From NCBI GenBank assembly GCA_964291215.2, contig OZ219790.1, positions 704,001 to 768,000 of the forward strand: a stretch of DNA of 64,000 nucleotides, read 5' to 3'. Position numbers and translations under genes: made by a program. Origin of the DNA: Alphaproteobacteria bacterium (GTDB taxonomy: Bacteria > Pseudomonadota > Alphaproteobacteria > MPNO01 > UBA830). The notes below the pieces were generated by a model, which was not told the DNA's origin, did not search any database, and worked only from the letters and a program-made list of their open reading frames with translations. Each line of letters opens with the position of its first letter. Position 1 is the stretch's first letter. Shown one piece after another: positions 8,477 through 22,153 of the stretch.

Positions 8477-9762
8477 GCCGCGGTTCCTCCCATCCATTGT
8501 TCGACCGCCTGCTGCAGATGGTCCCGCGCGCTGCCTTCCGGCGCGCCTTCGACGACTTCAGCCACAAAGGCGCGAATCAGCAGGTTCCGCGCCTCAGCGG
8601 GCGGTACGCCGCGGCTGATGAGATAGAACATCGCGTTCCGGTCGAGCTCTCCAACTGTTGCTCCGTGCGCACACTTCACGTCATCAGCAAGAATGCGCAG
8701 TTCGGGCTTGCTGTCGGCACGGGCGCCCCGGGACAGCAGGAGATTGCGGTTCGATTGCTGAGAGTTCGTCCCGATGGCACCAGTGCCGACCGCTACTCCG
8801 CCTTGAAACACCGAGCGGGCGCGGTCATCAAGCACGTTGCGGAAGATCTGGTTGCTCTCGGCGTGACCGGCGCAGTGGTTGATTTCGGTGGTGTTGTCGC
8901 CGTGTTGGCGTCCGCGCAGAAGCATGCCGCCTCGGATGTCGCAAGCGGCATAGGCGTCTTCGAGGACAACCTTTATTTCGTTGCGCGACAGCGCGGCACC
9001 GGTTGCCAAAACAGCCGCGGAGTAGGCCGCGTCACGGTCCAGCCGGGCCTCGGTCAGCGCCGTGTGATATGCGCCCGGCGCTTCCGCCTGCAGCTTGACA
9101 TGCGAAAGATGCGCCCCGCGACTAACCCGGACCTCGGTCACGGTATTGGTCCAGGAACGTGCCGAACCGCTGCCGACAAAAGTCTCGACTACCGTTGTCC
9201 GGCTTGCCTCACCGGCCACGATCACATTGCGCGAATGGACGGCGATGTCCGATCCCGTTTCGCAGACCACATGCATGACCTGAACCGGCCGTTCGAGCAC
9301 CGCGCCATCCTCCAGCCGCAACACGAGCCCTTCGCGCATGAACGCGGTATTGAGGGCTGCCAACGGCGCGCCGTCGACGGCGCCGGGTTGCAACCCGTCC
9401 GGATCCTCCACGGCGGCGGAAAGCGGTGCCAACCTTACGCCTTCGGGTAGTCGGCCAATGTGTGAAGCGGCCGTGTCGAAGCGGCCGTGGACGATGACGA
9501 TGCGATGGGCGTCGGCCACGAAGAAATCGCGCCACGGCGACGTGTCGACTTCCACCGTTGCAGCCAAGGGATCGAAATCCGTGCGCGCGAGGCGGTCGAG
9601 GCTGGTGTATTTCCAGGCCTCATCGCACCGCGTCGGAAACCCCGAGCGGAAGAACGCCTGGAGTGCGCTCTCCCGCAGAGTCCCGAGAGCGGGTCCCGGA
9701 AGGCACCCGCGAGCCTTCTCGAAATGCGCGCATAGCGCCTCGGTCTGTACACCGTGAGCCAT
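8473..9762 (-). CDS. sufD: Fe-S cluster assembly protein SufD
   Basis: EAWKYT, KPELRILADDVKCAHGATVG, FYLISRG. Start at MAHGVQ; the longer track ORF overlaps sufC. Confidence 0.93.
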   Translation of the reverse strand: MAHGVQTEALCAHFEKARGCLPGPALGTLRESALQAFFRSGFPTRCDEAWKYTSLDRLARTDFDPLAATVEVDTSPWRDFFVADAHRIVIVHGRFDTAASHIGRLPEGVRLAPLSAAVEDPDGLQPGAVDGAPLAALNTAFMREGLVLRLEDGAVLERPVQVMHVVCETGSDIAVHSRNVIVAGEASRTTVVETFVGSGSARSWTNTVTEVRVSRGAHLSHVKLQAEAPGAYHTALTEARLDRDAAYSAAVLATGAALSRNEIKVVLEDAYAACDIRGGMLLRGRQHGDNTTEINHCAGHAESNQIFRNVLDDRARSVFQGGVAVGTGAIGTNSQQSNRNLLLSRGARADSKPELRILADDVKCAHGATVGELDRNAMFYLISRGVPPAEARNLLIRAFVAEVVEGAPEGSARDHLQQAVEQWMGGTAA

Positions 9763-9778
9763 TGTTCGCGCGTCCGTC

Positions 9779-10549
<771 letters not shown>

Positions 10550-10559
10550 ACAATCACCC

Positions 10560-12002
<1,443 letters not shown>

Positions 12003-12015
12003 CTCGGATCTCCGG

Positions 12016-12474
12016 TCAGGCTATTGCCGCCGAGGCGACGGCAGGCCGACTGTCGCGCGCAACCGGGATGGACGGACGTGCCATATCCGCAAGCGAAACG
12101 CTTTCCATAGCATTGACCAGCGCATCGTTTATGCGCCGCCAGTTGGTCTGCGTGGGACAAAGCGCTTCGATCTCACAGACGATTCCGTCATGGGTCATGC
12201 ATTCGGTGAGCGCTATCGGACCATCGAGTGCCGAAATAATCTCGGCGACCGAAATGTCGGCTGCGTCTCGGGCCAACCCGTAGCCACCGGAAGCGCCACG
12301 GCGTGACGTCAGAAGGGCGGCTGCCGAAAGCTGCTTGAGAAGCTTGCTGACGGTGGGTTGCGGAAGCACTGTGGCGCGCGCCAGTTCAACAGCTGTCGCG
12401 CTCCGCGCGCCGCTTCGGGCGAGTTCCGCCATCAATACCATCCCGTAATCCGCCATGCGGCTGAGTTTGATCAT
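12016..12474 (-). CDS. Rrf2-family SUF system transcriptional regulator
   Basis: [20 protein letters not shown], three-Cys motif C..C..C. First gene of the suf operon. Confidence 0.9.
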   Translation of the reverse strand: MIKLSRMADYGMVLMAELARSGARSATAVELARATVLPQPTVSKLLKQLSAAALLTSRRGASGGYGLARDAADISVAEIISALDGPIALTECMTHDGIVCEIEALCPTQTNWRRINDALVNAMESVSLADMARPSIPVARDSRPAVASAAIA

Positions 12475-12492
12475 ATCAATCAGACCCTTGAA

Positions 12493-12548
12493 AATAGTAC
12501 CAAATCGGTGCTGTTGCGTGAAATAGAAAGCTTGCGGCCTTCTGTCAA
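12493..12548 (-). promoter_or_regulatory. Putative sigma70 promoter and Rrf2-type operator of the suf operon
   Basis: Minus strand TTGACA (12548-12543), 17-bp spacer, TATTTC (12525-12520). Imperfect IR AATAGTACC-N5-GGTGCTGTT at 12493-12515 lies just downstream. Confidence 0.6.
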
Positions 12549-12660
12549 GACAGCCCGCCAATATTTTTGACGGCGGCTGCCTTCGGACACTGCCCCCTCC
12601 CCCGGTTTGAATACCGCCGGGCCGGAGAACCACCCCAGCGTCTCTGCGCCCTTGCTCGAC

Positions 12661-12793
12661 CAAGCACTCACCTCCATGGCCGCACTTGGCTACAACCCAC
12701 TCGTCGCCATCCAGATCGCACTCGCAGGAAACGCCGCCGACATGATCAAAATTCACGACGCCAAACCCGCTCTGTGGAGGGGTGAGCAGATAC
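12661..12793 (+). mobile_element. Solo IS66 right-end fragment
   Basis: Similar to 5835-5960 (TSMAALGYNPLVAIQIALAGNAADM). Ends GGGGTGAGCAGATAC. Confidence 0.85.
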
Positions 12794-13129
12794 CAAACAC
12801 TTACATCTCGTCTGAACATGGACATGATGAAATTTTGCACAAAGTCGAGCTAATACCAGCGGTTGAGTGTTGGGATTCATTGAAGAGATGCCCACGCCAG
12901 AGCGCGACAGTCCTCTGACGGAGGACCCGGACCATGTCCCTGCCCGCCGACGAAACCCTCTACGCCCACAAGATCAAGAGCCGCCACAAGCTGGCGAAAT
13001 AGAGTTCGGCGTGGTCGGTTACGAGTGTGGGGGTAGCTCGGCGGGATATCCCTCAGCCTGCAGCTTTCTCAGTATTCCTATGGCCTTGGAAGACTGCTTG
13101 TACGATGGCGTCCGGGCCGGTTTTACGCG

Positions 13130-13182
13130 GGTACTGTAACTTGATGTCTGGAAATTTGTCTGAGGTTTGCGCTTTGAGGCGT
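13130..13182 (+). mobile_element. 53-bp IS256 left-end fragment
   Basis: Identical to 1261-1313; stops at the start of the 36-bp palindrome. Confidence 0.9.
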
Positions 13183-13405
13183 CAACCGCCAAGAAACAGA
13201 CGAGGCTGCACTACGGCGCGTTTCTGCCATCCTTTGCGCCTGCTTGTGACGATAACCCCGTCCCCCGCTGTTGCGCTTGATCTCCCGGAAAATTGTTGAT
13301 CGGTCACGGCCCAGCTGCCGAGCAATCGCACCTTGTGAAAGACCGCTTTTCTGTAACGCCTCAATCTGACATCGCTCTTCGTAGGTGACGGTAGCCTTTG
13401 GACAT
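13183..13405 (-). pseudogene. IS30-family transposase N-terminal HTH fragment
   Basis: MSKGYRH(L/T)YEERCQIEAL..GLSQGAIARQLGRDRSTIFREIKRN..GY. Frameshift near the start; truncated by the IS256 end. Confidence 0.82.
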
Positions 13406-13522
13406 GAACAACCTCCCTTCATCTTGTACAGGAACTCTCGCCGCTACCGCTCCGCAACATCATGCGTCTAAAAACACATGGTCACAGCCCATCACGTGTT
13501 GCACTTCACTATGGAACGGGGG

Positions 13523-13557
13523 CTTGCATTTCTGGCATATCATGCCAGAAATGCAAG
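13523..13557. promoter_or_regulatory. Perfect 16-bp-arm inverted repeat directly upstream of the AAA+ ATPase gene
   Basis: CTTGCATTTCTGGCAT-ATC-ATGCCAGAAATGCAAG, ending 1 bp before the ATG at 13559. Confidence 0.65.
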
Positions 13558-13558
13558 G

Positions 13559-14602
13559 ATGATACCGCGCCAGAAAGCCTAGGATGTTCTCGACCGCCTT
13601 AGCCAGTTTCCGGCCGTGGCTCTTCTCGGGCCGCGCCAGGCCGGGAAAACCACGCTGGCCGAGCATATCGCCGAAGAGCGGCCGAACGTTTACCTCGATC
13701 TCGAAGACCCGGCGGACCGCGAAAAGCTGGCCGACGCGGCGCTGTACCTCTCAGGCGACGAAGACAAGCTGGTGATCCTCGATGAAGTCCAGCGCATGCC
13801 GGAGCTGTTCCAGACGCTGCGCGGGCTCATCGACAAGGGGCGCGCCCGCAATCTCCGGGCCGGCCGGTTTCTGCTGTTGGGCTCGGCGTCGATCGACCTG
13901 CTCAAGCAAACCGGCGAATCCCTGGCGGGCCGGATCACCTATGTCGAGTTGGGTCCGTTCAACGTGCTCGAAGTCGAAGGTGATGCGCGCGAAAAACTGT
14001 GGACCAGGGGCGGCTTCCCGGACAGCTTTCTCGCCGAGAGTGATGAGGCCAGCACGATCTGGCGCGAGAATTTCATCCGTACTTATCTGGAGCGCGACAT
14101 CCCGCAGCTCGGCCCGCGGGTGCCGGCGGAAACGTTGCGGCGTTTCTGGACGATGCTCGCCCATATCCAAGGCGGTACGCTGAATGCGGCGCAGCTTGCG
14201 CGCGGCCTCGGCGTGGATGGCAAGACGGTGGCGCGGTATTTCGACCTGCTGGTCGATCTGCTTGTCGTGCGCCGCCTGCCGCCCCTGCACGCCAATGTCG
14301 GCAAGCGGCTCGTGAAATCGCCAAAGGTCTATGTACGCGACAGCGGCATCGTCCATACGCTGCTCGGCCTCGATGACCGGGACGCGGTGCTGGGTCACCC
14401 GGTTGCCGGCGGAAGCTGGGAAGGGTTTGTCATCGAAAACCTGCTCGGCTCGGCGCCGGAGCGGGTGAAGGCGAGTTTCTATCGCACCTCTGCCGGCGCG
14501 GAAATCGACCTTGTGCTGGAAATGCTCGGCGGGAAGCTGTGGACCGTCGAAATCAAGCGCGGCCTCGTCATGGTCGGTACCGAGACAGGGTGCGCTGTCT
14601 GA
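13559..14602 (+). pseudogene. AAA_14 + DUF4143-type ATP-binding protein, probable pseudogene
   Basis: MIPRQKA*DVLDRLSQFPAVALLGPRQAGKT (TAG at codon 8), ILDEVQ, LLGSAS, ESLAGR, RGGFP, KRLVKSPKVY, EIDLV..EIK. The C-terminus diverges after EIKRGL. Confidence 0.8.
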
Positions 14603-14945
14603 CCTTGTCGCCGATGCGTTGAGAAAGCACGAGCCGGTGGACGGGTTTGTCGTCTGCGGTGCTGCGGGTTTTGGTTGCCCTGATGAACATGTTGTCTGGA
14701 GGCTTTTGCGTTGACGAGGCTCCGGATATACCGGGTTTGGCGGCGGGGTCGAGCGAATCGGCAATATTCTGGCACCACAGGGGCCGTCCCGGACAGGAAA
14801 TCACAAACATAGTAGATATTATCACAAAAATAACAATATATACTATACCGAGTGAGGCCGCCGCATAAATTTTGGCTTCAACTGACGCAAAAAATGCCAA
14901 CTTGGGTGAAGGCAGTTTTCCGCCCGGTAGCGGCCTCCCGACCGC

Positions 14946-16100
14946 CTATCTCGCCCAGAACTGAGGCCCGGCCCGGAGGTCTTCTGTATCGCGGTGGACA
15001 TGGACGCTGATCATCAGCCCGATCCCAAGCATCACCGTCAGCATCGCCGTGCCACCGTAAGAGATCAGGGGCAAGGGAATGCCAACCACCGGCATCAGCC
15101 CCATGACCATAGCAATGTTGATGAAAACATAGATGAACAGCATGACGGAAATGCCCAGCGAGAGCACGCGTCCAAAATGGTTCCGCGAGCGCAACGCGAT
15201 GACGATTCCGAAGGCGATGATGATGCCATATAGCGTGATCAGTAAAAGGCCGCCCGCCATGCCGAACTCCTCGGCAAGCATGGCAAAGATGAAATCCGTA
15301 TGAATCTCGGGCAGGAACCGCAACTGGCTCTGAGAGCCCTGAAGGAATCCCTTGCCGTCGAAACCGCCAGCACCAAGCGCGATCTTTGACTGAAGGATGT
15401 GGTATCCGGCGCCAAGAGCGTCATGCTCGGGATCGAGGAAGGAGAGAATTCGTTGCTGCTGATAGGGTCTGAGCAGGCTCCAAACAACCGGCACAGCAGC
15501 GCCGGCAACAGCCACCAGCACGCCGAATACTCTGAACCTCACCCCAACACCGAGAAAAACCGCCAAGCCGATCAGCAGGAGGAAGATAGCAGTTCCGAGA
15601 TCGGGTTGTCTGAGCACCAGCGCCGTCGGGACGGCAATCAGTACGCCTGGAATCAGCAGTTTGGACACCCTGAGTACTTGTTCGGCAGGAAGTCTGTAAA
15701 AATACCGCGCAAGGACCAGAACGAGGCCGATCTTCATCAGTTCCGAGGGCTGCACGCGGAAAAATACCAAGTCGATCCATCGGCGGGCCCCCATGCCTGA
15801 CGCCCCGACGACTTCCACCGCGATCAGCAGCAAGAGCAGCGCAGCATAGATCAGGTACGCGTGGCGCCACCAGAAGCGGATATCGATGACCGCGACCAGT
15901 AGCAGGATAACAAGACAGACACCGAACCGGATGAGATGCGGTTTGGCCCACGGGGTCCACGAACCCCTGGCTGCCGAATACAGCATCACCGTTCCGATGG
16001 CCGCGACAGCGCATACGACCAGGACCAGCCCCCAGTTCACGCGGATGAACTTGCCTGCGGACACACCGCCGTCAAAGGGCAGGACGGACTCCCTCCTCAC
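14946..16100 (-). CDS. rodA: Rod shape-determining protein RodA
   Basis: GARRWI, QPSELMK, QPDLGTA, LPEIHTDFIF, PLPLISYGG. Confidence 0.96.
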   Translation of the reverse strand: MRRESVLPFDGGVSAGKFIRVNWGLVLVVCAVAAIGTVMLYSAARGSWTPWAKPHLIRFGVCLVILLLVAVIDIRFWWRHAYLIYAALLLLLIAVEVVGASGMGARRWIDLVFFRVQPSELMKIGLVLVLARYFYRLPAEQVLRVSKLLIPGVLIAVPTALVLRQPDLGTAIFLLLIGLAVFLGVGVRFRVFGVLVAVAGAAVPVVWSLLRPYQQQRILSFLDPEHDALGAGYHILQSKIALGAGGFDGKGFLQGSQSQLRFLPEIHTDFIFAMLAEEFGMAGGLLLITLYGIIIAFGIVIALRSRNHFGRVLSLGISVMLFIYVFINIAMVMGLMPVVGIPLPLISYGGTAMLTVMLGIGLMISVHVHRDTEDLRAGPQFWAR

Positions 16101-16103
16101 GGT

Positions 16104-17969
16104 TCAGATATCCTCGCGGTCGCGCGGCACATCAGGCAGCGGACCCTGGAGCCGAAGCGCTCGCCGCTTCTGGGCGGCAAGAAGAATTTCCCGTGCGATC
16201 GGCGCCGCCACGGCGGAACCGCTGCCGCCATGCTCGACGATCACGGAAACCGCGTATTTCGGGTGGTCCGATGGCGCATATCCGACAAAGAGGGAGTGGT
16301 CGCGCTCCTCCCAAGGTCGGTCCTTGTTCTTGCGAACACCCGTCGCGCGTTCGCTCCTCGTTATGCGCCGGACCTGCGATGTTCCCGTCTTGCCCGACAT
16401 CTCCATACCCTTCTCGCGAATGCGGGCGCGATAGGCGGTTCCGCCCCGCGCGTTGCAGACGCGGAACATCGCCTTGCGAACGACCGACAGCGAAGCCGAG
16501 GAAATGCCCAGTTTCTCGAAATCGGATTTCCAGGTTTCCTCTTGAGGCAGCCGTAGCAGGCGAGGAGTCACGGCCTCGTGCGCATTAGCAATGCGTGCAG
16601 TCATCACAGCAAGTTGAAGCGGCGTCGCCAGCAAATATCCTTGGCCGATGCCGTAGTTGAAGGTTTCGCCGCGATACCACGGCTCGTCCCTTTTCTTCTT
16701 CTTCCACGCCGTAGACGGAACAATGCCCTGCCTCTCGCCAGCCAGCCCGATCCCGGTCCGCACGCCGAATCCGAGCCGCCTTGCCATCGCCGCAATCCGG
16801 TCGGGTCCCAAGCGATTCGCCAGATCATAGAAATAGACATCGCAGGAGTTCTGGATCGCTGCCACCATATCCATCCAGCTGTGTCCCCCCTTCTTCCAGC
16901 AGTGAAAACGGTGACGGCCGAGGTCAACATGGCCGCGGCAGAACACTCGATGCTCCTTGCCGACAATCCCACCCTCCAGAGCCGCCAGCGCGACCACCAT
17001 CTTGAAGGTAGATCCCGGTGCGTAAGCCCCTGCAATCGTCCGGTCGACCAACGGCCTCATGGGATCGTTGACGAGTTGTTCCCAAGCCCCGGGCGAAAGG
17101 CCGCTGACAAACTCGTTCGGGTCATATCCGGGGACAGATGCTTGCACGAGAACCTCTCCGTTCTCGATATCCATCAGCACCGCGGCGGCGTTTCTTTGCT
17201 TGCTCAGCCGCTCGGTCGCCAGGAGCTGAAGATCGAGGTCAAGGGCGATGCGGACATCTGCTCCAGACCGGGGCTCCCGCCTCCCGAGTTCGCGAATGAC
17301 CCGCCCCAGGGAATTGACCTCGACCTCACTGTTCCCCGGCTGGCCGCGCAGCGACCGCTCGTAAATTGCCTCGATCCCACGCTTGCCTGTCAGGAGCTGC
17401 GACAACATGAGAGAGGGAGTGGCACGACGTTGGCGTTCGGACACCACAGACACGTAGCCAACCAAGTGGGAAGTACTCTTCCCGTAGGGGTAATTCCTGG
17501 TCTCCCCCAACTCGACCGAGACCCCCGACAGGTCGGGGGCGTTGACTTCGATCTTCGCGACATCCGTCCAGTCGAGACTCTCATATACTGTCACCGAACC
17601 ATGGCCGTAATGGTGCTGGATCTCACGCAATACCCGCCTCCGCGCATCGTCGCCGACCGAGACCAGAGAACCAAGACGCTCCAGTGTCCTCATGACATCG
17701 ACGGATCCGTAGGCAGCAAGCTTTATCCGATACAGTTCGAGGTTCCGTGCCAGCGGGCGGCCGTAGCGGTCGACAATTAAGCCGCGGGACGGCGCCAGCA
17801 GGCGCACGCTGATTCGGTTTTCCCTGGCAAGGGTCCGGAACCTCTCCGATTCGACGATCTGGAGCTGATACATGCGGCCCACCAGGACCGTGAGCAGCGC
17901 AGCTTTGCCGGCTCCCAGGATCGCAGCCCGGCGCGACAGCAACCTGAAACGCTGGCCGTCGCTACGCAT
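16104..17969 (-). CDS. mrdA: Penicillin-binding protein 2
   Basis: RGLIVDR, PGSTFK (SxxK), SCDVYFY, GKTGTSQ. Confidence 0.95.
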   Translation of the reverse strand: MRSDGQRFRLLSRRAAILGAGKAALLTVLVGRMYQLQIVESERFRTLARENRISVRLLAPSRGLIVDRYGRPLARNLELYRIKLAAYGSVDVMRTLERLGSLVSVGDDARRRVLREIQHHYGHGSVTVYESLDWTDVAKIEVNAPDLSGVSVELGETRNYPYGKSTSHLVGYVSVVSERQRRATPSLMLSQLLTGKRGIEAIYERSLRGQPGNSEVEVNSLGRVIRELGRREPRSGADVRIALDLDLQLLATERLSKQRNAAAVLMDIENGEVLVQASVPGYDPNEFVSGLSPGAWEQLVNDPMRPLVDRTIAGAYAPGSTFKMVVALAALEGGIVGKEHRVFCRGHVDLGRHRFHCWKKGGHSWMDMVAAIQNSCDVYFYDLANRLGPDRIAAMARRLGFGVRTGIGLAGERQGIVPSTAWKKKKRDEPWYRGETFNYGIGQGYLLATPLQLAVMTARIANAHEAVTPRLLRLPQEETWKSDFEKLGISSASLSVVRKAMFRVCNARGGTAYRARIREKGMEMSGKTGTSQVRRITRSERATGVRKNKDRPWEERDHSLFVGYAPSDHPKYAVSVIVEHGGSGSAVAAPIAREILLAAQKRRALRLQGPLPDVPRDREDI

Positions 17970-18483
17970 TTCCGACGAGCCATCTTGTTTGCAGCCGGGA
18001 CAGTAGCCAGACAAGCAGGGGAAACGCGCCAGCCGTCAGGAGCACATGAAAGAGCACCGGAGAAGGGTCGATCAGATTCAGGTTCAGGATCATCGCGATC
18101 AACCATGTCAGCAGCGCCGCGAGAACGGCGACGAGCACGAAGCAGAACCACCGGCCGGCGTAATTCCTCGAACGCAGGAAAAGCTGCTGTGATCCGATCA
18201 GGCCGTACACGACCAGCATGACAAGCGCGTTCAGGCCGATCGGTGTGCCGGTCATGAGGTCCTGCCACAGGCCGAGCGCAAAAGCAGCCACTGGCGAAAA
18301 GAGATCGGGCCGGGAAACCGACCAGTAAAAGACGCATATCAGCCCCGCATTGACCGCGATCTGCCCGTAGCCGGGAACCAACAGCGGCACCGCCGCCAAC
18401 AGCACCAGTGCCAGACTAATCAGGACGGGCAGGGATTGCCGGAACAGGAGAAAAAGGTAACGGGGAAACCCCTGGATCATCAC
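17962..18483 (-). CDS. mreD: Rod shape-determining protein MreD
   Basis: Hydrophobic, VFYWS..RPDL, GLWQD..G.PIG. Lies between mreC and mrdA. Confidence 0.88.
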   Translation of the reverse strand: MMIQGFPRYLFLLFRQSLPVLISLALVLLAAVPLLVPGYGQIAVNAGLICVFYWSVSRPDLFSPVAAFALGLWQDLMTGTPIGLNALVMLVVYGLIGSQQLFLRSRNYAGRWFCFVLVAVLAALLTWLIAMILNLNLIDPSPVLFHVLLTAGAFPLLVWLLSRLQTRWLVGNA

Positions 18484-19376
18484 CGGTCGGAATGCCCGGT
18501 GTTGCGGACGGCACCCGTTCCGATCCGGTCCCGACCGGCAATATTCCTGTCATAGGCGGTCAGGACGCGGACGTAGTCAAGCCGGTCGAGGTCGGCGAGC
18601 GGTCGAATCCGAACTTCTCCGTCGTCGATCGCAACCACCTCGCCGACCGCAAGATCGGGCGGGAACATGTTGCCGTGCCCGGACGTGATGATGCGGTCTC
18701 CAGGCCGGAGGCGCGTCCGCAGAGAGCGGAACTTCAATGACAGAGTCGCGCTGTTGTCGCCCGCAAGTATCGCAAGCACGCCGTTGCGCTGCACGACCAC
18801 CGGCACCCGCGAATTGAGGTCGGTAATCAGCAGCACCCGGGCAGACCTGTGGCCGGTCTCGATGACGCGTCCAATCAGGCCTCTGGCATTGACGACGGCG
18901 TCTCCCTTGGAAAGGCCAGCTTCGTCGCCCGCATTGGCCAGCACGGAACGCACGAAGATGCCCGTCGAATCACTGACCACCCGAACAGCGACTGACGCGA
19001 GCTCGTTTCCGGGCCGGTATTTCACCAGTTCGCGCAGGGCGTTGTTTTCCTTCGTCAGGTTCAGCGCCAACTGGTGCCATTCGCTCAGGCGCAGATTCTG
19101 TTCGCGAAGGCGAGCGTTCTCCTCGTAGATGGTCAGGAAAGCTCCGAGATCGTTCACCGCGACCGACAGCAGACCGATCGGTTCGGAGACGATTTCCATT
19201 ATGGGGGCGATGACGTCGCTCATTCCGGCGCGCGCGCGTTCCACCAACCCCGTCTGGGCCCGACCCAGCAGCAGCAGCAGCACCGCAACCAGACACAACA
19301 ACGCAAAGTCCCAGCGCCGGGCCGGACTGCGCCGGGATGTCCCGTTCCTCGCCGCTGCTCTGGAAAAAGATTTCAA
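18480..19376 (-). CDS. mreC: Rod shape-determining protein MreC
   Basis: TM segment, coiled coil EENARLRE, GLIGRV, LITDLNSRVPV, TSGHG..FP. Confidence 0.93.
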   Translation of the reverse strand: MKSFSRAAARNGTSRRSPARRWDFALLCLVAVLLLLLGRAQTGLVERARAGMSDVIAPIMEIVSEPIGLLSVAVNDLGAFLTIYEENARLREQNLRLSEWHQLALNLTKENNALRELVKYRPGNELASVAVRVVSDSTGIFVRSVLANAGDEAGLSKGDAVVNARGLIGRVIETGHRSARVLLITDLNSRVPVVVQRNGVLAILAGDNSATLSLKFRSLRTRLRPGDRIITSGHGNMFPPDLAVGEVVAIDDGEVRIRPLADLDRLDYVRVLTAYDRNIAGRDRIGTGAVRNTGHSDR

Positions 19377-19492
19377 CGGTTCTCAATTCCGCTCACAGTT
19401 GGTGTCAAGCCGGTTTCCCGGCCGGCGGAGCAAGCCCCCGGTCCGAACGAGAGCTGGTTCGGAAACGTGCAGCGGCACAGCGCCGGTCATTT

Positions 19493-20548
<1,056 letters not shown>

Positions 20549-20596
20549 CTACCTACCCAACCCTGCGCAAGCGCCGCGAAGACCTCCCCGTGGCTG

Positions 20597-22153
20597 TCAG
20601 GCACTCAACGCGCTGGGAGCGGTCTTTTCCCTCTTTATCAGCAGCTTGTTCAACGCATTCACGTAAGCGCGCGCCGAAGCGACCAGCGTGTCGGTATCCG
20701 CGCCCTGACCATTGACCGTCTTGCCGTTTTCCGCGAGGCGGACCGTGACCTCCGCCTGGGCATCGGTTCCCTCGGTCACGGCACTCACCTGGTAGAGTTG
20801 CAGCCGGGCGCGGTTTCCGGTCAGCACCTTGACCGCATTGAAGGTGGCGTCAACGGGGCCGTCTCCCGTCGATGTCGTCGCGCGGCGCTCGCCGTCGACT
20901 TCCAGCTCAAGCTCGGCGGTCTGGGGTCCGCGGGATCCGCAAACAACCTGCAGGGATACGAAACGTATGCGGTCATTGCCACGCACGACCTCATCGTCAA
21001 CCAGCGCGACGATGTCCTCGTCGAATATCTCGCGCTTCTTGTCAGCCAGCTCCTTGAACCGCCGGAAGGCATCCTGAAACGCGTTGTCGCCGAGTTCGTA
21101 GCCAAGTTCAATCAGCTTGTCCCTGAACGCGTGCCGTCCCGACAGCTTGCCCATCACGATCCTGGATTGAGCCAGCCCGACGGAAGCCGGCGTCATGATC
21201 TCGTACGTGCTGGCATTCTTGAGGACGCCGTCCTGATGGATGCCCGATTCATGGGCAAACGCATTGGCTCCAACGATCGCCTTGTTGGGCTGCACGTTGA
21301 AACCGGTGATCGTCGAGACGAGGCGGGAGGCCCTGGTGATGACCTCGGTCCTGACATTCGTTCTGTAAGGCATCGCGTCGCCCCTGGTGCGGAGCGCCAT
21401 GACGATTTCCTCGAGCGCCGCGTTCCCGGCGCGCTCCCCTATGCCGTTGATCGTGCATTCGACCTGTCGCGCCCCGGCCGCCACGCCAGCCAGAGAATTA
21501 GCGACCGCCAGTCCGAGATCATTGTGGCAGTGGGTCGAGAAGATGGCCTTGTCGCTGTTGGGCACCCGTTCGATGAGCATGCGGATCAGATTGCCGAACT
21601 CCTCGGGCACGGAGTAGCCAACGGTGTCGGGAACATTGATGCAGGTGGCGCCGGCCTTGATGGCGGCTTCAACGCAGCGGCACAGGAAATCATGATCGGA
21701 CCGCGTTCCGTCCTCGGGCGACCAGTCGACTTCGTCGGTGAAATTCCGGGCATGCGTAACGCTGTCGACAACATTGCGATAAACTTCCTCGCGCTCCATC
21801 TGGAGCTTGTGCTTCATGTGCAGCGGGCTGGTGGCGATGAAGGTATGGATGCGCGGTCGCACCGCTGGCTTTACCGCCTCGGCTGCGCGTTCGATATCAC
21901 GGCGCCCCGAACGCGCAAGACCGCATACCGCCGATTCCCGCACCAGCTTCGCGACCTCGTGCACGGCCTCGAAATCGCCATTCGACGAGATCGGAAAGCC
22001 TGCCTCGATCACGTCGACGCCCATGTCCTCAAGCGTCTCGGCGATCGCGATCTTCTCCTCGATGTTCATTGCCGCGCCGGGCGACTGCTCCCCGTCACGC
22101 AATGTGGTATCGAAGATGTAGACCACATCCGAATCGGAGTTGGCACCCATCAT
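20597..22153 (-). CDS. leuA: 2-isopropylmalate synthase
   Basis: [33 protein letters not shown]. Confidence 0.97.
   Translation of the reverse strand: MMGANSDSDVVYIFDTTLRDGEQSPGAAMNIEEKIAIAETLEDMGVDVIEAGFPISSNGDFEAVHEVAKLVRESAVCGLARSGRRDIERAAEAVKPAVRPRIHTFIATSPLHMKHKLQMEREEVYRNVVDSVTHARNFTDEVDWSPEDGTRSDHDFLCRCVEAAIKAGATCINVPDTVGYSVPEEFGNLIRMLIERVPNSDKAIFSTHCHNDLGLAVANSLAGVAAGARQVECTINGIGERAGNAALEEIVMALRTRGDAMPYRTNVRTEVITRASRLVSTITGFNVQPNKAIVGANAFAHESGIHQDGVLKNASTYEIMTPASVGLAQSRIVMGKLSGRHAFRDKLIELGYELGDNAFQDAFRRFKELADKKREIFDEDIVALVDDEVVRGNDRIRFVSLQVVCGSRGPQTAELELEVDGERRATTSTGDGPVDATFNAVKVLTGNRARLQLYQVSAVTEGTDAQAEVTVRLAENGKTVNGQGADTDTLVASARAYVNALNKLLIKREKTAPSALSA

Noticed and set aside
14559-14937. 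GCGGCCTC direct repeat (14559-14566, 14930-14937) as a TSD
   Set aside because: There are no terminal inverted repeats, and the ATPase frame does not resume after the second copy.
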